DNA of 63,436 bases, the filler included, from Sanchytrium tribonematis (taxonomy: Eukaryota): the NCBI GenBank assembly GCA_018985235.1. It is 12 parts of 12 records of this genome, joined end to end, with 100 filler letters (N's around TTAATTAATTAA, not from the genome) between each part and the next. Parts side by side here need not be neighbours in the genome. Positions count along the whole stretch, not along the records: positions 41,365 to 44,977 come from JADGIG010000833.1; positions 45,078 to 48,674 come from JADGIG010000834.1; positions 48,775 to 52,371 come from JADGIG010000835.1; positions 52,472 to 56,060 come from JADGIG010000836.1; 8 more parts are not named here. The stretch is one strand, 5' to 3'. Positions 43,212-55,642 of the stretch are shown piece after piece; the stretch's first letter is position 1, and each line of letters starts with the position of its first letter. A program made the translations under genes and the position numbers. A model generated the notes under the pieces. The model did not search any database and was not told the DNA's origin. It saw only the letters and a program-made list of their open reading frames with translations.

Positions 43212-44094
43212 ATGAAGCATTCAAAAAATCCATTTCAAATTGGATTTTTAGCTCTAGGGCTCACAATATTATTATATTTGATGATTCCTACACCAGTATC
43301 CACTTTAAATTCTAAAATATACAAGAAAACACGACTGAGTGGATTTTTTCCACCCAAAAATATTTATATGAGTGTCAAAGACAAGGGACATACTGATAGA
43401 TTTGTGACACAAGCTATGAAAAGCATACCAGAAGGATACAAAGTTGTTCAATTCGATGACGATGATTGTTATAAATTATTATCAGAATATCCAGTTTATA
43501 CCGAAATGGTCAAGAGTTTTATTTTTGGCGTCATGAGAAGTGATTTTTGTAGATATTTATTCATATATCATCATGGTGGCATCTATATTGATTCGGATGT
43601 GGTCATACGGAAAGATCCAATGCTGTGGACGCAATTATCAGCCAATTTATTAATTGAAAATGAACCCATCAAAATGGTAGTTGGTTTAGAGACCAAATAT
43701 AAAGGATATCCTGAGCCACAATTCTGCGATCCATATCAGACTGTTCAATGGGCATTTGCAGCACACCCAAAGCAGTAATATTCACTCATGTAGCCCAGTT
43801 TTAAAAAATGCATTGGATGATATTTTAGGCAATTTCCAACAGCATCACGAGGAATTTGAAGAAACGGATCCTAATAAGAATATAGTGAGATTAACAGGAC
43901 CAGGTGCGATGACCCGTGGTGTCCAATCTTATATATTCAATCACGGTGCTAAAAAACAAGATTTAGCACAAGTTCCAATTATCGTCAAGGATGTCTATAT
44001 TGGAGATACCGCATTATTCAATTGTCCCAATGAATGTTCTGGATATCAAGGCGCATTTCATTTATTCGGTGGAAGATGGAAAGGATGGGCGTAA
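43212..44094 (+). CDS. GT32 glycosyltransferase, tandem paralog (2 exons)
   Basis: Same motifs; 19-nt intron 43775-43793 restores HPKHPVL, matching YPKHDIL in the intronless paralog. Confidence 0.9.
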
Positions 44095-44305
44095 TAAATT
44101 TACTAATTTCTTTCACAAGTGCATTTGTTTTCTTCTTTTACATTCTTCATGACGGATTCAATATGTTGACCACATCCTTTCCAAGTCGTCTTATGGCATT
44201 TTTGACATTCAACAGCGTAGCACATTCTAATTTGAGAGGGAAGCTGCTTATGTTTGAAAAAATAAACATGTGATGCATTTTAATTCGGAATATCTAATAT
44301 TTATT

Positions 44306-44977
44306 TTAAAAAGAAGCCAATTGTTTAGATTGACGTGGTGATTTCCGACTTAATTTCAAACTATAATTCCCATAAATCAATCCAAATAAAACCGATACAG
44401 ACAATGTCAATCTTAAAATCATCTCCCAGGTCCAAATAATATTGATAATTGGTGCATCAAAAGGCACAAAGTTATTCAAAGTGTGCGTAGTTGTCATTTT
44501 GTTCATTTGAGTGGTAGTTTTAACATAAATCAATGAATTTGATGAAATTGCAAATTTACTTCGATAAAATATACGTGTAACAACTAAATTAATTGTAATT
44601 ACTTTGTTTTTCATCTTCTAGCAAGAAATTGCTTGCAGAATTTACATCTGATAGTGGCTTCTTTTGTGATGCTGATAGAATATACACTTGTAGTTGCTTC
44701 AGTGAGAGTTGTAATAAAGTCATTACTTGTCCATTGGCTCGTCCTTTCCATGGTCGTCGTCACTTGCAGCTTCTGTGGCAAATATTTCAAGTAAAATTGA
44801 GTACATTTGGTGAAATTGCCAATATTAGTGCTATTTAACAATGGATTAAAGGATAAATCACAACTAGTTAATGCTGCAGTGGAATTGAGTTGCACATCCA
44901 AAATATTGGTGTTTCCGAGGATGACTTTGGTGGGATTCTGTAAAATCAACTTGTCATTGAAAGAATTGCCTTCATTG
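44306..44977 (-). CDS. LRR receptor-like protein, C-terminal part (5'-partial; splice or frame unresolved)
   Basis: CDLSFNPL C-cap, Thr-rich stalk, C-terminal TM like other family members; candidate 19-nt intron 44584-44602. Confidence 0.6.
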
Positions 44978-45077
44978 NNNNNNNNNNNNNNNNNNNNNNN
45001 NNNNNNNNNNNNNNNNNNNNNTTAATTAATTAANNNNNNNNNNNNNNNNNNNNNNNNNNNNNNNNNNNNNNNNNNNN

Positions 45078-46190
45078 GATCAAACACGGATTTGCAGTCA
45101 CATTTCTCATTTGCTTTGCTAAGCATACACTTTGTAAATTGGAGGGAATTGGCATTGGATTATTAGATAAATCACAAACACTAGTGGTCAAATATTTCGT
45201 ATCCTGGACTGTCAAATTGGTGATATTATTATTGGTCAATCTGAGTAATACGGGCTTATCCATGTACATATCACCTTGGAATTGGTTATTACTGATATCC
45301 AATCCAAATAAATTGTACATGGACGGGAAGCAACCTGATAATTTATTGTCATTTGCGACTAAATATACTAAGCTACTATAAAATGGTAATTCACCAATAA
45401 ATAGATTAAAAGAGATATCTAAAACATTTATAGAATATAAATTTGGTGGTAAATAGCCAGACAATGTATTAGAATTCACTGAAACATGAAGAAGTGATTT
45501 TGGCCAATCTCTATTTAAATCACCCTCAAACAAGTTGTAATCTAAAAAGAGAGAAATTATAAATGGTGGATATATATACGGAATACTTCCATTAAATAAA
45601 TTACCGGATAAAGCAAGGAATGTCATCGTTTTTGGTAAATTTAAGATTTCACCTGATATTAAATTGAATGATAAATCAAGATTAATGAGGCTAATTGGCA
45701 TAATTGGGAGTGTTTTAGCGATTTTATTATGGGACGCTAAGAAATCTGTCATGCTATCTGAAATTTTATCGATAGTTTGAAATAAATTTCCAGAAACATC
45801 TAAATACTCTAGATTTGGATAAAAAGGAATGTGACCAGCCAATTCTGAATTGTGATTCAAATCCAAGACTTTCAATTTAGGTGGTAATGTGCTCGGCATA
45901 TTTGATTTGATCAAATTATAAGATAAATTTAATATTTCTAATTGAGATGGAATAGCAGTTTCATTAATGAATCCGCGTAATGAAGCAGATGGCCAATAGA
46001 TCGTGGAGACTCTACCTTGTTTACATTCCGTATAAATGAAATTAACTGGACTCACGCAACAATCTGTAGATAAAGATTGGAAATAATGGGAATAATTATG
46101 ATCTAAACCCAATGATATGGCTAAATTAATCACATCTGGGCAATCTACGCTTATAGCATTTATCAAACTTAAAATTAAAATCAAAACCAT
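45078..46190 (-). CDS. LRR receptor-like protein, 3'-partial
   Basis: Signal, DCPDVI..DCC N-cap, LRRs, CDLSNNP. Confidence 0.85.
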
Positions 46191-46656
46191 GTTTCGTAAT
46201 TATTTTAATCCAATCAAATGCAACAAAACATGTCACATGTTAAAAATATTTATTTATATTTGATGCATAGAAATGCAGTATCAAAAAGCTTTGCTGTATG
46301 GCAGTTCATGTTTTTGAGAGTCATAACGCTGAAAATTCAATTAGGAGATTTGTTAACAAATTTTGTTTCAAGATTCACCAAGATGCTTAAAATGGCAGAT
46401 GAAATTGGTTAATAAAGTGATTATTTACTTGTTTATTGGATTTGGATTATTCGTACCATATAAAGTACTTGCATTTGCATCCATTATTTTAGCAGGATTA
46501 GTTGCAGAATTTTCAAGCGCATGAAATTATAATACAAATTATAACAATATGTTGAAAATTAACCCATTTTACAGCGCCAATGACGGATATGTGTACTTTT
46601 TACAAGAATTAAAAGCGTCTATAAAGAGTAATTTTGATAAATTAAGTCAATAAAGA

Positions 46657-47923
46657 TCAATTTACTGAAATGATGAAAAATGAATTTCTGGTTTTTGCTT
46701 TGACAAAGAATGGCTTAATGATGACATAGACAGCAAATATAGAGTTTAAAGTTAGTTTGAGAATCATTAATGCTGTTACATTGATAGAATAAGCAGGGAT
46801 TGCGAAATGAATGGTTTGGTTGTTGATTTTGGATGTATATGGTAATTCTCTATTTGAATCAGATGAGGATTCTATTAAATCTGTTGTTTGAGATTCATTT
46901 GCAGTGAATGTAGTTCCAACTAGGTCAATTCAAATTACTTGAAAAAGAAGAAACATTCGCAAAATTGGATGAAACAAGTGGCAAATCGAATTGTTCGGTC
47001 GTTGAATTGGTAGATGTTATCTGCAAGGTATTCCATCCAGAATTAATGCCCATTGTTGTTGAAAATGCGCTTGAGTCTTCTGTAGAACTTACCAGTGAGT
47101 AGATGTTATTTTGAATGCAAATCGTAGGAGATGGCAAATTTGGAGCATCTGCTAATGGATTTCTATCGATACTACACTGCGTCAATGCAGAATAATCAGT
47201 GATATTCAATCCTGTAAACTTATTATTGTTGATAAATAGCACTTGAGGTTTGAAAGCAGCAAATATGCCAGTAAACGAATTTTGAGCGAGATAAAATGTC
47301 GTTATTGAATTTGGCATCATTTGCAAGTCTCCAGTAAACAAATTATTGCTAAGACTTAATTGTTTGAGCAATGGTGGCAAATTTGTAATGGATCCAAATA
47401 ACAAATTGCCGCCCAAATAAAGATTTTGCAAAGTAAAAGGCATATTTGGGATTCCTCCAGTTAGCCTGTTTTGTGAAGCAGATAATTTCACCAATGTATT
47501 GGGAATCACAGATGGAAGTGGCCCAGAAATGGAGTTTCCAATCAAGAATAAATTCTGTAATTTTGATGGAATGGTCCAATTCTCAATGGATTCGTTCAAG
47601 TAATTATAATTTAATTGTATTACTTTAATCGTATTGGGTAATAACACTGAAATAGAACCATCAATCCAATTGCTGGAGAGATCCAAATTTGTCAAAAAAC
47701 TCAAACTTGTTAAATTCCCTGCCAAACTCCCGTTCAATTTGTAATTTCCCCAATCGATTTGAGTGATTCTGTTTGATAAACATACTATTCCATTTGTTAA
47801 ACAACAATCTGAGTTGAGTTGAGTCCATAAAGAAGAGTTTACAGAATTCAGATTCAAATTTTGAGCAAATTGAATCACATTGGGACAATCAATAGACGCA
47901 GCATGTAGTAATGAAATCAACAT
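46657..47923 (-). CDS. LRR receptor-like membrane protein (2 exons)
   Basis: DCPNVI..DCC N-cap and LRRs; 19-nt intron 46920-46938 joins the stalk to a TM exon ending at 46657. Confidence 0.85.
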
Positions 47924-48165
47924 TGATATTGGGGCACATTCCGGTTTTTATGATTGAGATTTTTAGCGTATTGGTTGAAATTGGAATATTCTAATGAGTC
48001 AACCAATTAAAATTAAATCACAACAGCCATTAAAATTGACCAAAGTACAATTGAAAGCGGAGATGTTACAATTGCGCAATTATTGCATAATATGTTTCAA
48101 TCATTACCAATGAAATCTGTGCACGTGTTGACTGAGTCACGCAATACATGAAAATGGAGTAAAAC

Positions 48166-48674
48166 ATGTTGTTTTTTGTTCTATTGATTGTTTTCGCAGA
48201 TCTACATCAGTTGTTGCAAGGGAAATACACCAATAAAGTTATGGGAGATTTGCGTAGCCAGTTGAGTCAAAATGGATGTCCTTTAAAAGAGAAACCGCAT
48301 TTTCTGAAGAAGCGCAATTCGATAATGCACAATGATCTTAAATCATGCAAAAGATTTCTTGAACAATTCATTAAAAATCCATCTAAATTAGTCAAAAGAG
48401 ACGACGAAGATGGCACTACTAGTAAATCACAAGAAGTAGTTGCCGTGGTCATCCCAGATACTCCAAATGCACCTTCTTGCCCAATTTCATTCTCGTTTGT
48501 TGGGAAGTCTTTGCAATTTGTTGGCAATGCATTGCAACCCATTGGTCTTATACTAAAATTGATGGCTCAAGTAATATTATATTCGGTAGTTGCTCTTGGT
48601 TTATTTGTACCGGCATATATTGCTGGTGGACTCGCAAGAGTCATGTCATGGTTTATTGCAATTCTACTAGAGTG
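48166..48674 (+). CDS. Secreted or membrane hypothetical protein, 3'-partial
   Basis: Signal peptide, KR dibasic sites, hydrophobic C-terminal region. Confidence 0.65.
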
Positions 48675-48774
48675 NNNNNNNNNNNNNNNNNNNNNNNNNN
48701 NNNNNNNNNNNNNNNNNNTTAATTAATTAANNNNNNNNNNNNNNNNNNNNNNNNNNNNNNNNNNNNNNNNNNNN

Positions 48775-49780
48775 TGAAACTTGGGGTTGTTTCAAATGTC
48801 ATGACGGTGTTTTTAAAGGCTTCATTGGCGCATTGAGAAATGAATAATCCCAATGCGATACTGACTAGAATGGCATTATCACCATACATACTGCCACTCA
48901 CATCTACTAATGCCAAACAATTGCCCAAATGACCCTCTTTTAAAACTTGGTCTAATTTGACTTTCCATTGAGCTTCTATAATGGGATCTACATCATCAGA
49001 TGTATTCGTGAGATAAGGTTTGACGAGTTCATGGGGATCTACGACTTTGGCATTCACTTTTGTTTTATTTTCACTTAATTTCTTCAAATATTCTTGCCAA
49101 GTAGGGCAATTCTTTTCAAATGCTTTTTTCAATCGACGCATAGCTTGACTGGGGACGTGTTCGAATTTAATATCTGAGAATCTTTTGCTGGTTAAAAGGA
49201 CTTCTACGACTTTTAAATATTCTCGTAATTTGACGAGATAATTGACACGCAAGTCTTTTGGGGATATTTGCATGAATTGGCATAATTTGGAGTATGCTTG
49301 ATATTGCTTGTCTAATTTACCATTTTCAGAAGGGCACCATTTGGCACAGAGTGAAATTGGCTTGGATTCTTTCATATTCTTTAAATCTTTGATGAGTTGG
49401 TCAGAAATCAATTTAAGTACTTCATGCTCACAATGAGGCAATAATACAAATAAATCATCCCATCTACCATAATCTGGGATTAAATGGAGGTTTAAAAGCA
49501 CTGTTTCGGGATCTATTTTGTAGAGTGTTTCTAAGCAAGTTCTGAAGATGGATCTTTCTCCAATGCCACCACGACAATCACGACGATGAAATATGACTTT
49601 AAGGGCAGTTAATTTGTCTTCTTTGTAGGCTAATTTGACAGTTTCACGCACATATTCGGGATCGACGCGTCTTACGAATTTAAAAAACATGTCTACGGTT
49701 TTAGAGTATGTAGTTGCATTGGAGATGGCTCCATTTTCAGTTGTAACTATTTTGCCACTTAGCATTGCAGATTGGAACAT
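48775..49780 (-). CDS. DUF2828 (TROVE-like + vWA) protein, 3'-partial
   Basis: TTENGA, RDCRGGIGER, YGRWDDL, SLCAKWCPSE, VPSQAM, vWA MIDAS DVSGSM. Confidence 0.85.
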
Positions 49781-49864
49781 GTTTGAAGGAGTTGAATTTA
49801 GCCAATATGATAAAACAGATTTTTAGAATATTTTTTGAAACTTCAAAAGTCGAGAGAACAAGCC

Positions 49865-49965
49865 GATGGTTACTACAACAAATGCGTTGTTCACAGACCC
49901 AGAACTTGCCACGTTTCCTAAGTTGTTTGTGAATCAAGCGATTACTTGATTGCTTGGTAGCCTTC
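49865..49965 (+). ncRNA. Putative structured RNA (four-way junction), family unknown
   Basis: Closing stem GGTTACTA/TGGTAGCC plus hairpins AACAA/TTGTT, CACAGAC-AACTT/AAGTT-GTTTGTG and AATCAAG/CTTGATT; G-U pairs favour the + strand. Confidence 0.4.
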
Positions 49966-50177
49966 ATTAAACTAAGAATCAGAATTTATAGCTAAATCAA
50001 TAATAATCACTCTTTTGTATCCACAGGATGTGAAATGGGTGATGCTGTGACCCCATTGATTTCAATGATTGCCAATACTTGCAATTGATAATGAGCGAGA
50101 GTTGGAAATTGGTACATTTTATGGTGCCAATGAAAAAGTTATTACAAATGATCACGCTGATCATTTGTCTATTTGGA

Positions 50178-52371
50178 TGTCACCGATGGCCAGGGTGATT
50201 ACATGACAGCGAGGGGTTGGTGTATTTATGGGGAAATTTTTAGTTCCAAACAATGCAACAACCATTTGGTTTGTTCTATTTTGAGCACATTTTCAAAGGA
50301 AATGGACAAAGTGGACCAATTAGGGGAGCAAGTGATGGTGTTGAATGAAAACACAGGAGAAACAACAATGAATTCAGAACAATTGAATGAGTTAGAACGA
50401 CAATTGAATGAGTTTAAGTTAGGATTGGAGAGAAAAGAGCAGCAAATGATGGAACATGAGAGAAATTTACAAGCACAATTTGCACAGCAGAAATTGGAGT
50501 ATGAGGCTGCAATGAACAATAAGAATTTGGAATTTGAAACTCAGGTAAAGAAGAAGGAGATGTATTTGAGGGATTTGGAGTCTAAGAATACGCCTAGACC
50601 TATTGATGATCCGATGATCATTGATAAGCAGATTCAGGAACTAAAAGATTTGGGCGCTAGACCCAAAATTAGTTACAAAATGAGGGAATTTAAGCCTGGA
50701 AAACGGACATTGATGAATTCTTGACCAAGTATCAAATGTTTGCAGTACTTCAAGGGTTGAACTCAGACGAATTGCTTATGGCATACATCCCTATTTACAT
50801 GTCTGAGGAATGTCAGCTAAAAATATCTGAGTGGAAAATGATTAGTTCTTTTAAGGATAGGCAAGGATTACGCAAATTACTTATCAAAGAATATCGTGAT
50901 CCCAGAGCCTTGGAAAACACTTGGAATGCATTTCAACGGTTGAAGCAACAAGGTCATTCTGTGAGAGAGACAGCGGATTATTTTGACAAATTAATGTCCA
51001 AGTTGGTGCTATATGGTGGTGAGTCAGAAAGAATTCCCATTTCCATGCAGATTTACCTACTTATCCAATCATTGAAGCCTGATTTGAAGGAACGTGTAAT
51101 GGAATGTGTTCCTTAACCAAGCACATTATTGGAAGCGAAAAGTATTGCCGAATCCAAGGAAGTGGCAATTAAAGGAAAAGAACAGATCACAAAGAAACAA
51201 GCCCCCACAAAGACCGTCATGAAGTGATGGCAACAAAAATCCAAGTAAGGGTGATAAAGGAGACCGGGATCAAAAACCAAACGAGCCGCAATATACGGAG
51301 GAGCAGAAATTGCGGTATGAGAGAATGAAACAAGAATTGTGCTTAGTTTGTGGAAAGAAGGGACATCGCAAAGCCGATTGTCCCAACAAAGACAGCATTG
51401 ATTTGATTGAGGAACAAGGAACCAAATCAATTTGGACGTCAGTTCTAATTAACGGCATTCTATTTAATGGAATGATTGACACTGGAAGTAGCATCACTTT
51501 AGTGAATGACAAAGTGGTAAAAGATTGCAACTTGGCTTTAAAGAATACGTCAAGAACATTCACTACAGCTTCTATTCCATGTCAAATCGAGAAAGAAACC
51601 ATGGTGGAGATTCAAATGGGTGTAAACAATTTCGAACTGCCAGTCTGTGTTTGGGACAATAAGAAGTATGATTTATTGATTGGGTTAGATTTCTTGAAGA
51701 ATGTCGACAGCATTGATATTAAGGAAATGAAATTGCACATCGAAAATCGGGAAGTACCCATTCAGACCAACATTTCAACGGAAAATATCTGTGTTGTTGC
51801 TGATATGGACATTGATGAGGACTTCATTACCAGTAGTGAAGTGATTCAACCGGTAAACTGGGATGAGGTGGTGATTGGGGGAAGTCAAGAAAGTGTTAAA
51901 CAGATTTTATTGTCTTATCCAAAGTGTTATTCTGGAAAGTTAGGATGCACGATTCCAATTTATCCTGAGTTGCAGACAACAGGAATTCCTCGTCGTAGCA
52001 GACCGTATCGCGCATCACAAGCTCAAAGACAGTTTATTGATGATGAAATCCAATACATGTTGAATCAAGGAATTATTGAAGAGGTGACGGATCATACGGA
52101 ATACGCTGCAAGTGTTGAACCAAACCCCTAGTTCAGAGGATCAGTTTCGTTTTTGTGTAGATTAGAGGCAACTTAATCTCCACACAACACCTGATCAGTA
52201 CCAGTTGCCCAGAATTGATGAAATGTTGTCACAATTCCGTGGCCAAAGATTTTTTAGCAAAACAGATTGTCGAAAAGGATATCGGCAAATGTTGATGAAC
52301 CCAGCTGATGTGGCCAAGACTACCTTTGTCACTCATCGAGGGGTTTACAGGTATTTAAAGATGCCTTTTGG
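50178..52371 (+). mobile_element. Degenerate Ty3/Gypsy LTR retrotransposon (putative LTR 50178-50289, gag from 50302, protease, partial RT)
   Basis: Zinc knuckle CLVCGKKGHRKADC, protease IDTGS, RT LPRIDE..DCRKGYRQ..KTTF..MPF; several stops and frameshifts. Confidence 0.88.
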
Positions 52372-52471
52372 NNNNNNNNNNNNNNNNNNNNNNNNNNNNN
52401 NNNNNNNNNNNNNNNTTAATTAATTAANNNNNNNNNNNNNNNNNNNNNNNNNNNNNNNNNNNNNNNNNNNN

Positions 52472-53491
52472 TAATAATGTGCCAGAAATACCACCAATAA
52501 TCCCATAACTCAATGGACTATTTAAATTGAGACCCAATTGATTGGATGTATTTGAATTGGCATCTGGTGATTTGGTGCTAGTGGCGTATACAGGGATTGT
52601 CGTGATTGTGTTTGATTTGGTGGCTGTTGTGGCAATATTGAATGGAAGTATTGTGGCTGTATTTTTTATAGTTGATTGAATACTCGCAGCACTAGTCGCA
52701 CTAGTCATACTAGTCGCACTAGTCGCACTCCCATATAATCCATTCATTGCACAAATATTCGTTAAATTGGAAATATGAGTATTTCCTAATAATGGATTCC
52801 ATGATAAATCACACGTAGTGACAAGTGAGTAGTTATAAATAGCAGCATCACTAATTTGATTACCAGCAATGTTGACTATGAATGGTTTGGATAATTTGAC
52901 TGTGCCTTGTAATGCATTTCCATCTATTTTGAAATTGGATAAAATGGGGGGTAAATATGGGATATTACCAGATAATTGGTTGTTGGATAGGTATAGAGTG
53001 GTTAATTTGGTGGAAATGGATGGAATAGTGCCAGTGAATTGGTTTTTAGAGGCATCTAGAGTGACTAGATTGGAGGAGAATTGGATGGAACCAGATAATT
53101 GATTGTTGCTGATGTTGAGAGACGTGAAAGTGGTTGGAAATGGGGATAATGGACCAGTGAGTTTATTGGATCCTAATTGAATGGATTGTAAATTGGTGCT
53201 TGCGAGGGTGGGGAAATTGCCAGAAATGGAATTATTGGATAAATCCATGGATATCAATGTGGGTGGGATAAGGGTGCTATTGATGGTACCATTTAGAGCA
53301 TATCCTGACCAGTTGATGGTATTCACTGTTGGCGTGGAACCAGAACAAACAACACCCGTATTTGGAGCACAACAATCTGGGGTCAATTGATTGTATTTAG
53401 AAATGGACATCTTTAATTGAGATGCGAATAGCAATATGTTGTGACAATCTGTTGAAATTGCAATGGTTGAGAGCAACAGAGAGAGAATCAT
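52472..53491 (-). CDS. LRR receptor-like membrane protein, 3'-partial
   Basis: Signal, DCH..DCC N-cap, LRRs, CDLSWNPL, S/T stalk, start of TM. Confidence 0.85.
52689..52729. repeat. 9-bp tandem repeat (GCACTAGTC)n encoding SAT repeats
   Basis: About 4.5 copies within the LRR gene stalk. Confidence 0.8.
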
Positions 53492-53703
53492 TGCGCTTCA
53501 AAGCCATTTTTGGAGCCATGTTATTTTAAAAAATGAATCGCCAATCAAATGATATGGAAGATTCTTGGATCGATCCAATGAAATATTGGTAAAATAGCCT
53601 ACAAATTTGCGTATAATTGATACTTTGATTACAAATTTGAATTAAAACACTGTTTGGAGAGACTCCATAAAATGAAGAAGTATTTAGAAGGTATGTCATT
53701 TAC

Positions 53704-53853
53704 TCACGATTTTTTAATCTGATTCAACGCATTCTTGGAAGCTGATGCCACTTTATCCATAGCTGCACTTGCTGCTCGACTTCCAACAGTCATTCCGAAA
53801 CCAGCAACTATTGCGTTTTCTAGTCTTCCCATAACACTGGGGACCGGGTCCAT
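53704..53853 (-). CDS. Putative 49-aa microprotein with Gly/Ala-rich hydrophobic helix
   Basis: Manual translation MDPVPSVMGRLENAIVAGFGMTVGSRAASAAMDKVASASKNALNQIKKS; below the ORF-track cutoff. Confidence 0.45.
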   Translation of the reverse strand: MDPVPSVMGRLENAIVAGFGMTVGSRAASAAMDKVASASKNALNQIKKS

Positions 53854-53922
53854 TCAAATACCATTTCTTTAGTAAATGATTGGGACGTGAAATTGTAAAA
53901 ATGGCTCTATTAATCAATTGGT

Positions 53923-55086
53923 TTATTCATAATTTTCAATATAGTCCAAATTTTGCTGTCTTGGCCCTCTGTGATGGTCATACATGGGTTGACATTTAAA
54001 CGACTTGCTTATTTCTTCAAATTCTATTGGAACTGATTCTGCCAATTGATATGGTAAAAATGGTGGTATTCTCATGGTATATCGATTGTCGCTGAAGTAA
54101 ATCTGCTCAAATACATCCCACGTATAAGTGACTTTGCTTCTTGGTACCATTAACATCTTATTAAATCCATTTTTGATAAAATCGACACAAAGTGTGGAAC
54201 ATTCTGAAGATGCGCATTCTCCTGGCATTTTCATGGTTTTATTTGTGTTAATACCTCTTCTGAAATGTATCCCATTCATAAATGGAGTCGGCGATAAACT
54301 CACTGCTCCATTCCATGCGCAACTGACTTGAAATGGCAATTGCAGTGAAACTCGTTTTTCTGTTTTCAAGTCTTTATAAATGTGATCAAATGTAATAGAC
54401 CTCATTTCCAAACCATTCATATCCCTGGATACCCATGTATCGTACAAAATGGGATACTTCATGTAATTTAACACGTAATCCATTGCACCAACTAAATCGG
54501 CGGTATTCAATAATCGCTGATATTCTAATTCTAGCAATTCATTTGGACACGAATAAACATCGTTTAAAAATAATATAGATTCGTAAGTGATATTATGACT
54601 AGACTGTCTATAAAATGGTTTCATGGCTCTATTTCGAATTCTAACTAAATAATCGATCCTGTGAATTTGTGGTGTTAATGTGATATTACCAGTTTTGATG
54701 TGAAATTTAGCATGCATCATTCTCAAATGTCTACTAAATCTGCGTATATATCTTTTAGATTTGTCTACTGAACCAGACTCATAAATGGAAAGAAATGTGG
54801 AATTGACTCCAAAATGATAAATTAATTGAAATATATTCATGAATAAATGTGGAATCACATCTTCATTATTATGCAGATTCAATGCAATATATACGCGTCT
54901 ATTTTTTAATAAATCATACCGTGTTGAAATGGGGAGACATTTGTGGAATTGATTTGGTGTGGTACTATTAAAATGCTGCATTGGGGATGGTCTAAAATGT
55001 TTTCTAAATGGTTTGTGTAGATGTATTTCTGGTTTTAATAGGGAAATGAGGGTAATTAACAAAGATATTTGAAAATCGAGTTTCAT
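53923..55086 (-). CDS. GT69 alpha-1,3-mannosyltransferase (CAP59/CMT1-like)
   Basis: IALNLHNNE, SIYESGSVD, RIDYL..RNRAM, FLNDV, YDTWVSRD, CAWNG, SEC. Confidence 0.88.
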   Translation of the reverse strand: MKLDFQISLLITLISLLKPEIHLHKPFRKHFRPSPMQHFNSTTPNQFHKCLPISTRYDLLKNRRVYIALNLHNNEDVIPHLFMNIFQLIYHFGVNSTFLSIYESGSVDKSKRYIRRFSRHLRMMHAKFHIKTGNITLTPQIHRIDYLVRIRNRAMKPFYRQSSHNITYESILFLNDVYSCPNELLELEYQRLLNTADLVGAMDYVLNYMKYPILYDTWVSRDMNGLEMRSITFDHIYKDLKTEKRVSLQLPFQVSCAWNGAVSLSPTPFMNGIHFRRGINTNKTMKMPGECASSECSTLCVDFIKNGFNKMLMVPRSKVTYTWDVFEQIYFSDNRYTMRIPPFLPYQLAESVPIEFEEISKSFKCQPMYDHHRGPRQQNLDYIENYE

Positions 55087-55259
55087 TCAAAAGCCATCCA
55101 AATGTTGAATTAAAATATGCAACCGACATATTTGTAGGCCAATGCATGCGTATATCAACAGACTTATAGTATAAATAACACCAATGACATTTGAAATGCG
55201 TGTGCGACCAGAAATCTCCGATCTACGACTCCTTTGAAAATCATTTTGACTTCTCCTTC

Positions 55260-55637
55260 ATGTTGACATTCTTTCTATTAATTGCATATTCATTGCAACG
55301 AGGATATGGTTATAGAGGGTATCAGCATAGGAACTATAGACCAGTCAAATACATTAAAGGGCCAAATATACAAATTAACCATCATCCTCGAAAATCAACC
55401 CAAAAGCCTTTTCAGAAGCCATCTGCACCCTCTCAACCCTCTAAAATTGAATTGCATCCTACTTCCAGAGAAGGGATTCCATTAAAGGACTGTAAAATGG
55501 TGAAAGATAGTATGCATTGTGAGAATGAATCGTACTTAATTTGTAAAAATTTGCCATCTTCTCCAGATATTCATATCCATCTACCAAAAGGATTTAAATG
55601 TGAAAATACAAAAGATGGTGTTTATTTAATTGGATAA
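55260..55637 (+). CDS. Small secreted Cys-containing protein
   Basis: Signal MLTFFLLIAYS; C-terminal 4-Cys module. Confidence 0.6.
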   Translation: MLTFFLLIAYSLQRGYGYRGYQHRNYRPVKYIKGPNIQINHHPRKSTQKPFQKPSAPSQPSKIELHPTSREGIPLKDCKMVKDSMHCENESYLICKNLPSSPDIHIHLPKGFKCENTKDGVYLIG

Positions 55638-55642
55638 ATATA

